From NCBI RefSeq assembly GCF_048309325.1, contig NZ_DBFBTX010000002.1:42478-106477 (forward strand): 64,000 nt of DNA. Direction: 5' to 3'. Within the stretch, counting starts at the first letter, position 1. Each line of letters begins with the position of its first letter. Positions 29,446 through 37,998 of the stretch are shown one piece after another. Position numbers and translations under genes: made by a program. A model generated the notes under the pieces. The model made no database searches. It was given only the letters and a program-made list of their open reading frames with translations, and was not told the DNA's origin. The stretch comes from Veillonella parvula (GTDB lineage: Bacteria > Bacillota > Negativicutes > Veillonellales > Veillonellaceae).

Positions 29446-30201
29446 TTATAATTGTCCATTAGATTTATTCAAATAATACAATTTTACATACTTTGTCATG
29501 GTGTACATCATATGATAGATCGATAATAAAAAACCTATTTTTCCGTCTAATATGCCACCTTGCAAAATATATATCTTGAAAAATGCCCATGTAGGGCGCA
29601 ATATAATATCCCCTAAAAAATTACAAGACTTCCCTTGTGCCTTGTATTTATTAGCTGCTACCGTCGTATACTTATTGAACTTCTCAAAAAATTGATGCCA
29701 GTTATCATACGTATAATGATACAATTTTCCCTCTAATGTATCTTGTGGATACGGACTGATAAAAGCTTCGTGAACAGCCCCTTCCACAGTTGCTCCCTCT
29801 CGAGGCATCAATCGTAATACCTTATCAGGCCTCACCACACCATGGGTTGCCTGATTATAATGGAATAGATTATATCTGCGTAACCAATACGCCTTCGGTT
29901 CACCTTGAATAGCTCGTTGAATAGACTTTGCTAACTCTAGTGATACACGTTCATCAGAATCGACAAATAGAATCCATTCACTCTGGGCTTGTAAAATACC
30001 AAACCGTCGTTGTTGTGACCAATCTCCATTTAAGGGATGTGGTATAACCTTTGCACCCAATCCCGTAGCAAGTGATACTGTCTGATCTGTACTGCCATCA
30101 TCGATGACTAAAATTTCATCAGCAAATTGAATACTCTTAATACAATCTACAATATGTTGTTCTTCATTGCGCGCTAAGATAATAGCCGTCACAGTACTCA
30201 T
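29446..30201 (-). CDS. Family 2 glycosyltransferase (WaaE/KdtX-like LPS core)
   Basis: TAIILARNEEQHIVDCIKSIQFADEILVIDDGSTDQT ... FVDSDE. Confidence 0.75.
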   Translation of the reverse strand: MSTVTAIILARNEEQHIVDCIKSIQFADEILVIDDGSTDQTVSLATGLGAKVIPHPLNGDWSQQRRFGILQAQSEWILFVDSDERVSLELAKSIQRAIQGEPKAYWLRRYNLFHYNQATHGVVRPDKVLRLMPREGATVEGAVHEAFISPYPQDTLEGKLYHYTYDNWHQFFEKFNKYTTVAANKYKAQGKSCNFLGDIILRPTWAFFKIYILQGGILDGKIGFLLSIYHMMYTMTKYVKLYYLNKSNGQL

Positions 30202-30258
30202 AGATAATCCTTTAACTTACAAATCAATTTAATTTAATGGATAAAAATGTATATTTCT

Positions 30259-32292
30259 TTATTTGATGACATCCCCATGTTTAATGCGCCATGCCGCAAG
30301 TTCACGCATGTTTTTAATCATATCCCCATAGGATTGAGGCATGCTCGCACTTTGTTCTAACACTTTGCCACTTTTATCAAGATATAGTCTATGATTAAAT
30401 ACAAATTCCTCTTGTGTAAACAAGCTTGGTACCATCGCTTCATAGGTTTGACCAGGTCGGCCTACCAATTCCGCCAAGGTTGGAATGATTTGAATGCTCA
30501 TGCCGAACGCATTAGGTGCAAGCCAATCTTTATGAATACCACGACCATAAAAAATAATAGGAATAGTAGATGCCACATTAGGACCTACTTCACGAGCAAA
30601 GTTAAAGCGTTCGCTATGGTCACCTGTAATGACGAACAGTGCAGACGGATCTGCTGTTTCTTCGCGAGCGATAAAATCACCCATTACGTGGTCTGCGTAC
30701 CAAATATGGCCCATTTCGTTCAATTGCTTATCGTTTTCTTCGATAGAATCTGGCAAATGCCCTTTTACCTTATTCACATCGTAGCCTTCCTTAGCCACAT
30801 TGATGCTATACGGTGGATGATTAGAGGTGGTCATAATCACATTGAGGATTTTTTCCCCTCTATGCTGATCCATGTAGGCAGAAATAGCTTTAAACAAGTC
30901 TTTATCGCCTACGCCCCAAGCATTGCCGTCTTCGCTTGGCATTTCAGAGGCATCGTGGAATTCATCGAAACCTTGAGATAAAACAAAGTTTTTAACATTT
31001 TGCCATGTGCTAAAGCCACCATACCAGAATACAGTCTTGTAGCCTAGTTTTTTCATAACAGGACCAATGCCTAAACCGTAAGGTTCTTTGAAACTTTCAC
31101 CTTCATAGTTAGGATATAGCCCTGTATCAGGCATACCCGTCAACAAACCATTGATGGCTGGCATCGTGCCTGTGCCTTGGGCAAGGGCTAGCTGCGTGCT
31201 CATCGCATGAGGGCTGGCAGCGTATTTACGACCTTGCTCAACTAGGTACGCACCAGGATCGTTATATTCAGCAAGGAACGGCCACAAGCCATAGGATTCT
31301 CCAAGAACAAGGTTTATAGACTGCGGTTGATCCGCTAATCGTTGTGTCGTAATGGTTCTCGTGAAAGAACCGTCAAAATTTGTACCGTTAAACTTACCAC
31401 CAACGGCAGTTATTTTTTCATTTAACTCTTGAGGCGTTAAGTTAATAACCTCAAGCTCAGCCGTCCGTTTTGCAATGCTTTTAACACGATAGAGCGCTTG
31501 TACATCGTCGAGGATATTTTCGTTTAACAGATTTGAACTAAGACGGGCTGCACTTTCCCAGTTGATAGAATTTGTATAGCTGAAAGCACCGCCAAATCTA
31601 AAGAATAGACCTAGTACACCGATAACGACAGTCAATGCAATGCCCGTCATCCATTGTGTTTTCTTCGTCTTAGGATACCAAGTAGTACAAAGTCGTCGAT
31701 TATCTGCAGAATCACTATTTCTTACATTATCCGCATCATCACCATTCCTTAGGTCAACAGCGTAGTCACTATATTTCTTCGTGTTCCACGCTAAAAAACG
31801 AACTAGGAACCAGCAAAGAGCTCCACTCAATACAACGGCCCCAATAATGTACATGAGGGCATTATATTCATTGATAGCGGTATTTACAATGGCGCCGATA
31901 TCATCGTTTTTACCGTTGATGAGCATCGCATTGTAGGAGGAATTGAAAATTTTATAGAACGGAATGCGCCCCAAAAACAAGAAGGTCAACAGTACAGTCG
32001 CAATGGAGTAGAGGACCTGTTTAATGCGCAAGGACGGCCATTTTGGCACAAAGGTATGTACCAACGTCCCCCCTAAAAATCCCAATAAACACAAAGAACC
32101 GACGGTCTTGAGACTCAATCTAAATCCTAGCCATAAGGACGTGAGGATATTCTCCATCGTCACGGAAGCCAGTTGTGATTGAAATACTGCAAGAAACACG
32201 ATTCTAAATGCAGTCAACAAAGCAGAGAAAAAGATAAATACCTTAATCTCTGTTCGTATGCCTTCAAATAATCGCTGCCATCGGTTCATCAT
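30259..32292 (-). CDS. LtaS/sulfatase-family membrane phosphotransferase (paralog 2)
   Basis: 677 aa with the same architecture as 27357-29378 (LVLGESYG, ITGDHS). It has an extra D/N/R-rich loop (DLRNGDDADNVRNSDSADNRR). Confidence 0.75.
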   Translation of the reverse strand: MMNRWQRLFEGIRTEIKVFIFFSALLTAFRIVFLAVFQSQLASVTMENILTSLWLGFRLSLKTVGSLCLLGFLGGTLVHTFVPKWPSLRIKQVLYSIATVLLTFLFLGRIPFYKIFNSSYNAMLINGKNDDIGAIVNTAINEYNALMYIIGAVVLSGALCWFLVRFLAWNTKKYSDYAVDLRNGDDADNVRNSDSADNRRLCTTWYPKTKKTQWMTGIALTVVIGVLGLFFRFGGAFSYTNSINWESAARLSSNLLNENILDDVQALYRVKSIAKRTAELEVINLTPQELNEKITAVGGKFNGTNFDGSFTRTITTQRLADQPQSINLVLGESYGLWPFLAEYNDPGAYLVEQGRKYAASPHAMSTQLALAQGTGTMPAINGLLTGMPDTGLYPNYEGESFKEPYGLGIGPVMKKLGYKTVFWYGGFSTWQNVKNFVLSQGFDEFHDASEMPSEDGNAWGVGDKDLFKAISAYMDQHRGEKILNVIMTTSNHPPYSINVAKEGYDVNKVKGHLPDSIEENDKQLNEMGHIWYADHVMGDFIAREETADPSALFVITGDHSERFNFAREVGPNVASTIPIIFYGRGIHKDWLAPNAFGMSIQIIPTLAELVGRPGQTYEAMVPSLFTQEEFVFNHRLYLDKSGKVLEQSASMPQSYGDMIKNMRELAAWRIKHGDVIK

Positions 32293-32480
32293 TAACCCCT
32301 AACTGTTGAATCTTATAACCTAATTGGTATATCACATAATCCAACTATATTGTTACAAACGTAACAAAACTACATAACTATACTGCCTAAATGAGTAATA
32401 AAACATCATAAACTAGATATACTACATATATATCCTACGTAATATGTTACGTAATATTCTACTAATTACATAACTATCAA

Positions 32481-32594
32481 TTATTTTGGATATTTCTTAC
32501 ATTTAGGACCTTTACATCGTTTGCATTTACCGCATCCACGGTCGATAGTCTCAGCACCTGCTGATTTCTTTGCACTAGCACTCTCCTTGACCAT
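32481..32594 (-). CDS. Possible 37-aa Lys/Cys-rich micro-ORF (CxxCxxCxxxxC)
   Basis: ATG 32594, TAA 32483-32481. Translation MVKESASAKKSAGAETIDRGCGKCKRCKGPKCKKYPK. The Shine-Dalgarno is weak. It lies 33 nt downstream of the Lys-repeat gene. Confidence 0.25.
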   Translation of the reverse strand: MVKESASAKKSAGAETIDRGCGKCKRCKGPKCKKYPK

Positions 32595-32626
32595 CTTTTC
32601 AGAGGCCTTACTATTCCATACGGAAG

Positions 32627-33805
32627 CTATCGATTCTGCTTTTTTGCGGATTCATCCTTTTTGGATTTTTTATCCTTTTTCTTGTCTTTCTTCTTATCTT
32701 TTTTCTTGAAAGTATCAGCTAAAAAGACTGTTTTTAACTTATCATTTAAAACTTTAAGCTTCTTTTCAGCCTTGTCTTTCTTTTTCTTTAACTTTTCTTC
32801 ATCTTTAGAACGTTTTTCTTCCTTAGACTTCTTATGTTTTTTCTCTTTTTTATCTTCTTTAGACTTTTTATCTTTCTTAGATTTTTTCTCGCCTTTGGAC
32901 TTTTTGTCTTCTTTGGATTTCTTATCCTCTTTAGATGTTTTGTCTTCCTTGGATTTTTTATCGCCCTTAGTTTTCTTATCTTCAGAACCGTTGATACGCG
33001 CCCATTCATCGTCAACGCGTTTCAATTTCTTTTTAAGAAGCTTCTCCATCTTCTTATTTGTTTTATCGGACTCTAAACCAGCTTTACCAAATAATAAAGC
33101 ATTCACCGCCGTGTATGGATCGATAGAGGACATATCCTCATCATCCACTTTAGCTTCCTCTGATTTCTTATGTTTCGATAATTCATCAAGACCATCTACA
33201 TCTAACGCTTCATCTTCATCTAAATGATGAATTGCTAAGCTTTCAACGCCTTCTAAAGGTTTTACATCAAGGTGCTCAATCGCAGTATCTTCAAAATCTG
33301 CCATTTCCTTACCGGAGCTTTCACCAAAACCAGTAAAGAGGCCGCCTATAGATTTTAATTCGTTTAATTTAATATGGTTCATGCCCACCGTAGAATCATG
33401 ATGCACAGGAACATCAGATAATTGTACCTGTTCCATAGCATATGCATCATCATTATAACTAGCGCCCTTGCCAAGTTCAGATGTATTAGAAATGACGATA
33501 TCTTCCTTATCGTCGCCTAACACATCACCAAATAAATCTTCTTCTAAAGATTCGTAAGAATGCAATAAGGACATACGTTTTTGAACATCTTCAATTTGAT
33601 TCCACAAATCAACAAGAGAAGATGTATAGTACACCCGTTCCTTTACCTCTAAATAAGCTTGGTAAACGATAGATAATTCGGTCTCATTAAGGCCTTCCTC
33701 TGCACCAATTTCTTCAATCATTTGTTGAATCTGTTGATCTCGGTCATATCGTTTAATTAACGCTTTACGAATGCGTTCAATCAACATTGTATCGATGAGT
33801 TCCAT
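32627..33805 (-). CDS. Hypothetical protein with helical N-domain, acidic middle and ~130-aa Lys-rich repeat tail
   Basis: Start moved to ATG 33805, which has AGGAGG 5 nt upstream; the track GTG is at 33811. The tail reads KKTKGDKKSKEDKTSKEDKKSKEDKKSKGEKKSKKDKKSKEDKKEKKHKKSKEEKRSKDEEKLKKKKDK... Confidence 0.7.
   Translation of the reverse strand: MELIDTMLIERIRKALIKRYDRDQQIQQMIEEIGAEEGLNETELSIVYQAYLEVKERVYYTSSLVDLWNQIEDVQKRMSLLHSYESLEEDLFGDVLGDDKEDIVISNTSELGKGASYNDDAYAMEQVQLSDVPVHHDSTVGMNHIKLNELKSIGGLFTGFGESSGKEMADFEDTAIEHLDVKPLEGVESLAIHHLDEDEALDVDGLDELSKHKKSEEAKVDDEDMSSIDPYTAVNALLFGKAGLESDKTNKKMEKLLKKKLKRVDDEWARINGSEDKKTKGDKKSKEDKTSKEDKKSKEDKKSKGEKKSKKDKKSKEDKKEKKHKKSKEEKRSKDEEKLKKKKDKAEKKLKVLNDKLKTVFLADTFKKKDKKKDKKKDKKSKKDESAKKQNR
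32630..33020 (-). repeat. Imperfect tandem 18-nt (hexapeptide KSKEDK) coding repeats
   Basis: Seen as ctttttatc/ttcttagac periodicity on the plus strand. It produces long shadow ORFs in other frames (32661-33227, 32788-33015, 32834-33076). Confidence 0.7.
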
Positions 33806-34242
33806 ATGCACCTCCTGTATTCAATACACTCAGTCCTACCCGCTACATTAGCGTATACGAATCAATGTATAGAATCATAAAAATGAATTGATTTTATAAT
33901 CTCTAATATATTATTATAGCAGAATTTATCTGCTTTTTCCTTAATAATATGTGTAAAAGTTCCTTAAAAATAGAATAAAACCTCAATTTAAATACGTTCC
34001 TAATAGTATGCATTTCATACTACTAAAACACTATTCAAACCGAGGTTATTTAATCAAATTTATATACATCATATTCATATATAAACTTACTATATTAAAG
34101 TCTGATATTTATTTGTTACATCAATATAATATGTATTGCATCCATCGGATTTTTAACTGTTACATCAAAATATATCTAATTGTTACATAAATGTCTTTAA
34201 AGGTCTTAAATTATTTCATTATAAAAGTCTTACATTACTGCA

Positions 34243-34842
34243 CTAAAACAAGTTAACTGAATAAACGAGAATTCGTTCCTTTGCATCGCTGGCCTCAAAG
34301 AGGTCACTACAATCAATAGGTTCCTCTTGTTCCAAGCGCACATGGTTATTTAAAAAGTTCTCCACCTCGTCATTAACGTAGTAGAAAAATAACTTAATCT
34401 CCCGAGGATTATGATATAGCGAATCAAAGATATTTCCTAATACCCGCTTAATCGTATGGAGTGCAAAGGGATTAAAGAAAAAGCATCGATCAGCCTGATC
34501 TGGCAATTCATACAGCGCCGCATCACCTAGTACAAAGCTTACACGATTGCGAGTTGCCGGGCTTTCACCATTGATCAAAGCCCTTTCATAAAGCCGTTCA
34601 TCGTATTCGATGCCTATAGAATAGCAGCCCGTTTGGTAAGCCATGAAAATACTCACTCGGCCCTTGCCACTGCCATAATCGATGAGCGTATTTTTCTTGC
34701 GAATATGACCGCTATTTGCCAATCGCTCCAGCACGCAATAATCCGTCGGCTCATACGGATGGTGCTCCGTATCAGATCGACTATCGTCGCGGCCAGAAGT
34801 TTTAATTTGTAATACATTTTCCCACTCTTGCTCTGTTGCCAT
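34243..34842 (-). CDS. Class I SAM-dependent methyltransferase
   Basis: 199 aa with motif I LIDYGSGKGRVSIFMA. The substrate is not inferable. Confidence 0.65.
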   Translation of the reverse strand: MATEQEWENVLQIKTSGRDDSRSDTEHHPYEPTDYCVLERLANSGHIRKKNTLIDYGSGKGRVSIFMAYQTGCYSIGIEYDERLYERALINGESPATRNRVSFVLGDAALYELPDQADRCFFFNPFALHTIKRVLGNIFDSLYHNPREIKLFFYYVNDEVENFLNNHVRLEQEEPIDCSDLFEASDAKERILVYSVNLF

Positions 34843-35148
34843 CTATATAATCCTATCATGAGATACAAATTATATAACCTAAAATTTAATACTAATCTTA
34901 ATTTCTATACATACTATACCCTTATTAGGGTACTAGTTACAAATTAAAATCAATCATATTATAGTAGATAACAAAGGAAATACATATTTTTGTAGCATTT
35001 AATGCGTACAAAAGGAAAAATGAAAGCAGCAATCCTCCTTTTTCTGTGCTAAAAACACTTATTAATGCCGATATGGTATACTAAGAGTAATATTTCTATT
35101 ATTCTCATGTGCAGAATTATATGTAATTAAAAAGGAGTATCTACTTAC

Positions 35149-36504
35149 ATGGACAGTGATCTGACCTTAGATTTTATCATTATCATCGTATTAATCATCG
35201 CGAATGGTTTATTCTCTATGACGGAGTTAGCCATCGTAAACGCTAAAAAACGTAAGCTTGAAGAATTAGCTGAAGCAGGCAATGAACGCGCGAAAAAGGC
35301 CTTTGAATTGGCAGAGCACCCAAATGATATGTTCTCCACGATTCAAATTGGCATTACCCTCGTTGGTATTTTAACTGGTTTATATTCTGGTGCCACCTTT
35401 TCTGGTCCTTTAGAAGAAATATTAACTGCTAATATTCCAAGCATTGAACCGTACGCAGCCTCAGTGAGCTCCTTCCTCATCGTTGCGATCATCACTTATT
35501 TATCCCTCGTTATAGGGGAGCTCGTGCCAAAACGATTGGCCTTAAATAGCCCTGAGGGCATCGCTGTGGTGGTAGCAAAACCGATTTATTGGCTCTCTGT
35601 AGCCCTAAAACCAATCGTTAGCTTTCTCGGCGTTTCCACAGAATTCCTCTTAAAAATTCTAGGCGTTACTGTAAAAGAAGAAGCACCTGTTACAGAATCC
35701 GAAATTAATAAAATGCTTACCGAAGGCGTTGCCATGGGTGCTTACGAAGAGGAAGAACCTATCCTCGTAGAAAATATCTTCCATCTCGCAGATATGAACG
35801 CAGGTGATATAATGACGCCTCGTACACAGCTCAAATGGATTGATCTTAACGGTACGGAAGACGAAATCATGGAGGTTCTCAAGAATGCCAACCATTACCG
35901 CATTCCTGTAGGTACCGATTCCTTGGATGAATTAAAGGGTCTCATTACCGTATCCGACGTATTAGTTCAAATTATGCAACGTCCTAGTGAAAGTTCCATT
36001 CACGATATCATCAAAGCTTGTTTGAAAGAACCTGTTCTCGTTCCTGAATCCATTTCACTCATGAAATTATTGAACGTTCTACGTACAGAAGGCGTTCACG
36101 AAGCAATTATCCTCGACGAATATGGTGGTTTTACTGGCCTTGTCACCTTGCATGACATCATGGAAGAAATCGTAGGCCTTATGCCTTCTGGTGAGGAAGA
36201 AATCAAGGAAGAAGAAAACAAGATCATCGAACGCGATGGTGCATGGCTCGTAGATGGCCTTCTCAACGTAGATGAATTTAAAGAATTCTTCCACATCGAT
36301 CAAGAATTGCCAGGCGAAGAAGACGACTTGTACAAAACTATGGGCGGTCTTTTAAACGTCCTCTTCGGTCGTATTCCAAAGGAACTCGACAAGGCAAAAT
36401 GGAACGGCTATACCTTTGAAGTCATCGATATGGATCATACTCGTATCGATAAAATCCTTGTAACCTATGAAGAACCTATTGTAGAACAAGAAGAAGAAAA
36501 ATAA
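35149..36504 (+). CDS. CNNM/TlyC-family protein (DUF21-CBS pair-CorC_HlyC)
   Basis: 451 aa. N-terminal TM DUF21 (NGLFSMTELAIV), a CBS pair and a C-terminal CorC/HlyC transporter-associated domain. Confidence 0.85.
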   Translation: MDSDLTLDFIIIIVLIIANGLFSMTELAIVNAKKRKLEELAEAGNERAKKAFELAEHPNDMFSTIQIGITLVGILTGLYSGATFSGPLEEILTANIPSIEPYAASVSSFLIVAIITYLSLVIGELVPKRLALNSPEGIAVVVAKPIYWLSVALKPIVSFLGVSTEFLLKILGVTVKEEAPVTESEINKMLTEGVAMGAYEEEEPILVENIFHLADMNAGDIMTPRTQLKWIDLNGTEDEIMEVLKNANHYRIPVGTDSLDELKGLITVSDVLVQIMQRPSESSIHDIIKACLKEPVLVPESISLMKLLNVLRTEGVHEAIILDEYGGFTGLVTLHDIMEEIVGLMPSGEEEIKEEENKIIERDGAWLVDGLLNVDEFKEFFHIDQELPGEEDDLYKTMGGLLNVLFGRIPKELDKAKWNGYTFEVIDMDHTRIDKILVTYEEPIVEQEEEK

Positions 36505-36534
36505 AGTTCAAAAATAAATAGACAAAATCTAAAG

Positions 36535-36622
36535 AAGTGAGTTCTCTTACTATGAACTGTACCCCAAAAATTGGACATATTTTTGGGTACAGCTCAATCA
36601 ATAGAGGACTCACTTTTTTTGC
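36535..36622 (+). terminator. Composite terminator (13-bp outer stem, inner 14-bp hairpin) after the CNNM gene
   Basis: aagtgagttctct (36535-36547) pairs with agaggactcactt (36603-15), followed by TTTTTTT. The inner hairpin is ctgtaccccaaaaat and atttttgggtacag. Confidence 0.7.
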
Positions 36623-36790
36623 TACATTTTTGTATTCATAAAATAAGTAATACATATACTGGCAAAATATAGATTACTTTTAAAAATTATCGTTAAAATA
36701 TATCATCAATTATATAAATTAATTATATAATTCTTTTATTTTCTGCATAAAGGCTAGAACTTTCAATATAAATATAGTATTATTAAATTG

Positions 36791-36833
36791 TATAAAATAT
36801 ATAATTAGTTTTTTCTATAAAATATATAATTAG
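36791..36833 (+). repeat. Perfect 18-bp direct repeat TATAAAATATATAATTAG x2, 25-bp period, ~100 bp upstream of the RND operon
   Basis: Copies at 36791-36808 and 36816-36833, read directly. Confidence 0.6.
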
Positions 36834-36933
36834 AAATTAGAGTTTTCTAATATACATATAGAGTCCTATGATTACTACCTATGTGTAGTTCTGTGTCATA
36901 GGGCTTATATGCGATAGTCAAAGGAGAGATTCT

Positions 36934-37998
36934 ATGAATCAACGAATCATAGCAACCATAGGAGCCCTATTAATAGGGACCGCCATCATAAGTGGTTGTG
37001 GATCAGAAAAGCCCCCTGAAGATACAAGTCTCAAGGTGCGTACCATCACTATAGGTGAAGAGTCTGGAACTACTGATGCTGGCTATGCAGGCACCATTCA
37101 TAATAAAACAGAAACAAACTTAGCCTTTCAAATTGGAGGGCGTGTCATCAACAAATTTATAAATGTTGGTGATGTAGTGCAAGCAGGCCAAGTGATTGCT
37201 CAAGTCAATGGTTCAGATACATCAGCTCAGGTGCAAAATGCTGAAGGTGCTGTAAAAGCTGCTCAATCGGCCTACGAATTGGCAGAAACCAATGCTAAAC
37301 GATACCGCGAGCTTTATGCACAACAAGCGATTAGTAAATTGCAATTAGACCAAGCTGAAAACCAATTGAATGCCACATCTGCTCAATTACAACAAGCACA
37401 AGCAAACCTTAATTTGAGTAGTAATCAAAATAGCTATACTAATTTAACGGCTCCTGATACAGGTATTATTACAGCTTTCAATATTGAAGCAGGACAAGTC
37501 GTAGCAGCCGGTCAAAGCGTTGGTACCTTAGCGGCTGGTCACAATCCAGAAGCAGTCATTGCCCTTCCTGAACAAGAGTTGAGTAAAATTCATGTAGGAA
37601 GCCCTGCTACTATTACCTTCTGGGCCTTACCAGATGTAACAGTACAAGGCGTTGTACGTGAAATTTCACCAGTTCCTGACCCTGTAGCGAGAACGTATAC
37701 CGTAAAAATCACCTTGCAAAATGCGCCTAAAGAGGTACAACTAGGTATGACGGTCAATGCTAATCTATCTACCACAGATAGTACCAATATTTCTATTCCG
37801 TTAACGGCTCTTGTAAAAGACTCTAACGGCAATAATGCGGTCTATATCATCCGCGATAAGAAGGCTCATCTCGTGCCTATCAAGACTGGTGAATTCGGTA
37901 AGAACTCCGTCATCGTCACATCTGGTTTAGCTAAAGGCGACATTGTCATCACCGCAGGCACCCAACAATTACAAGAAGGGACGGCGGTTAGTCAATGA
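36934..37998 (+). CDS. RND efflux periplasmic adaptor (membrane fusion lipoprotein)
   Basis: 354 aa. Lipobox IISGCGS, coiled-coil hairpin, HlyD-like barrel-sandwich motifs. Confidence 0.85.
   Translation: MNQRIIATIGALLIGTAIISGCGSEKPPEDTSLKVRTITIGEESGTTDAGYAGTIHNKTETNLAFQIGGRVINKFINVGDVVQAGQVIAQVNGSDTSAQVQNAEGAVKAAQSAYELAETNAKRYRELYAQQAISKLQLDQAENQLNATSAQLQQAQANLNLSSNQNSYTNLTAPDTGIITAFNIEAGQVVAAGQSVGTLAAGHNPEAVIALPEQELSKIHVGSPATITFWALPDVTVQGVVREISPVPDPVARTYTVKITLQNAPKEVQLGMTVNANLSTTDSTNISIPLTALVKDSNGNNAVYIIRDKKAHLVPIKTGEFGKNSVIVTSGLAKGDIVITAGTQQLQEGTAVSQ

Noticed and set aside
32661-33227. 188-aa plus-strand ORF (FLSFFLSFFL...) and the other overlapping ORFs 32788-33015 and 32834-33076
   Set aside because: These are mirror-frame artefacts of the lysine-codon repeat region of the minus-strand gene. 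They have no RBS, and the sequence is a Phe/Leu/Ser repeat.
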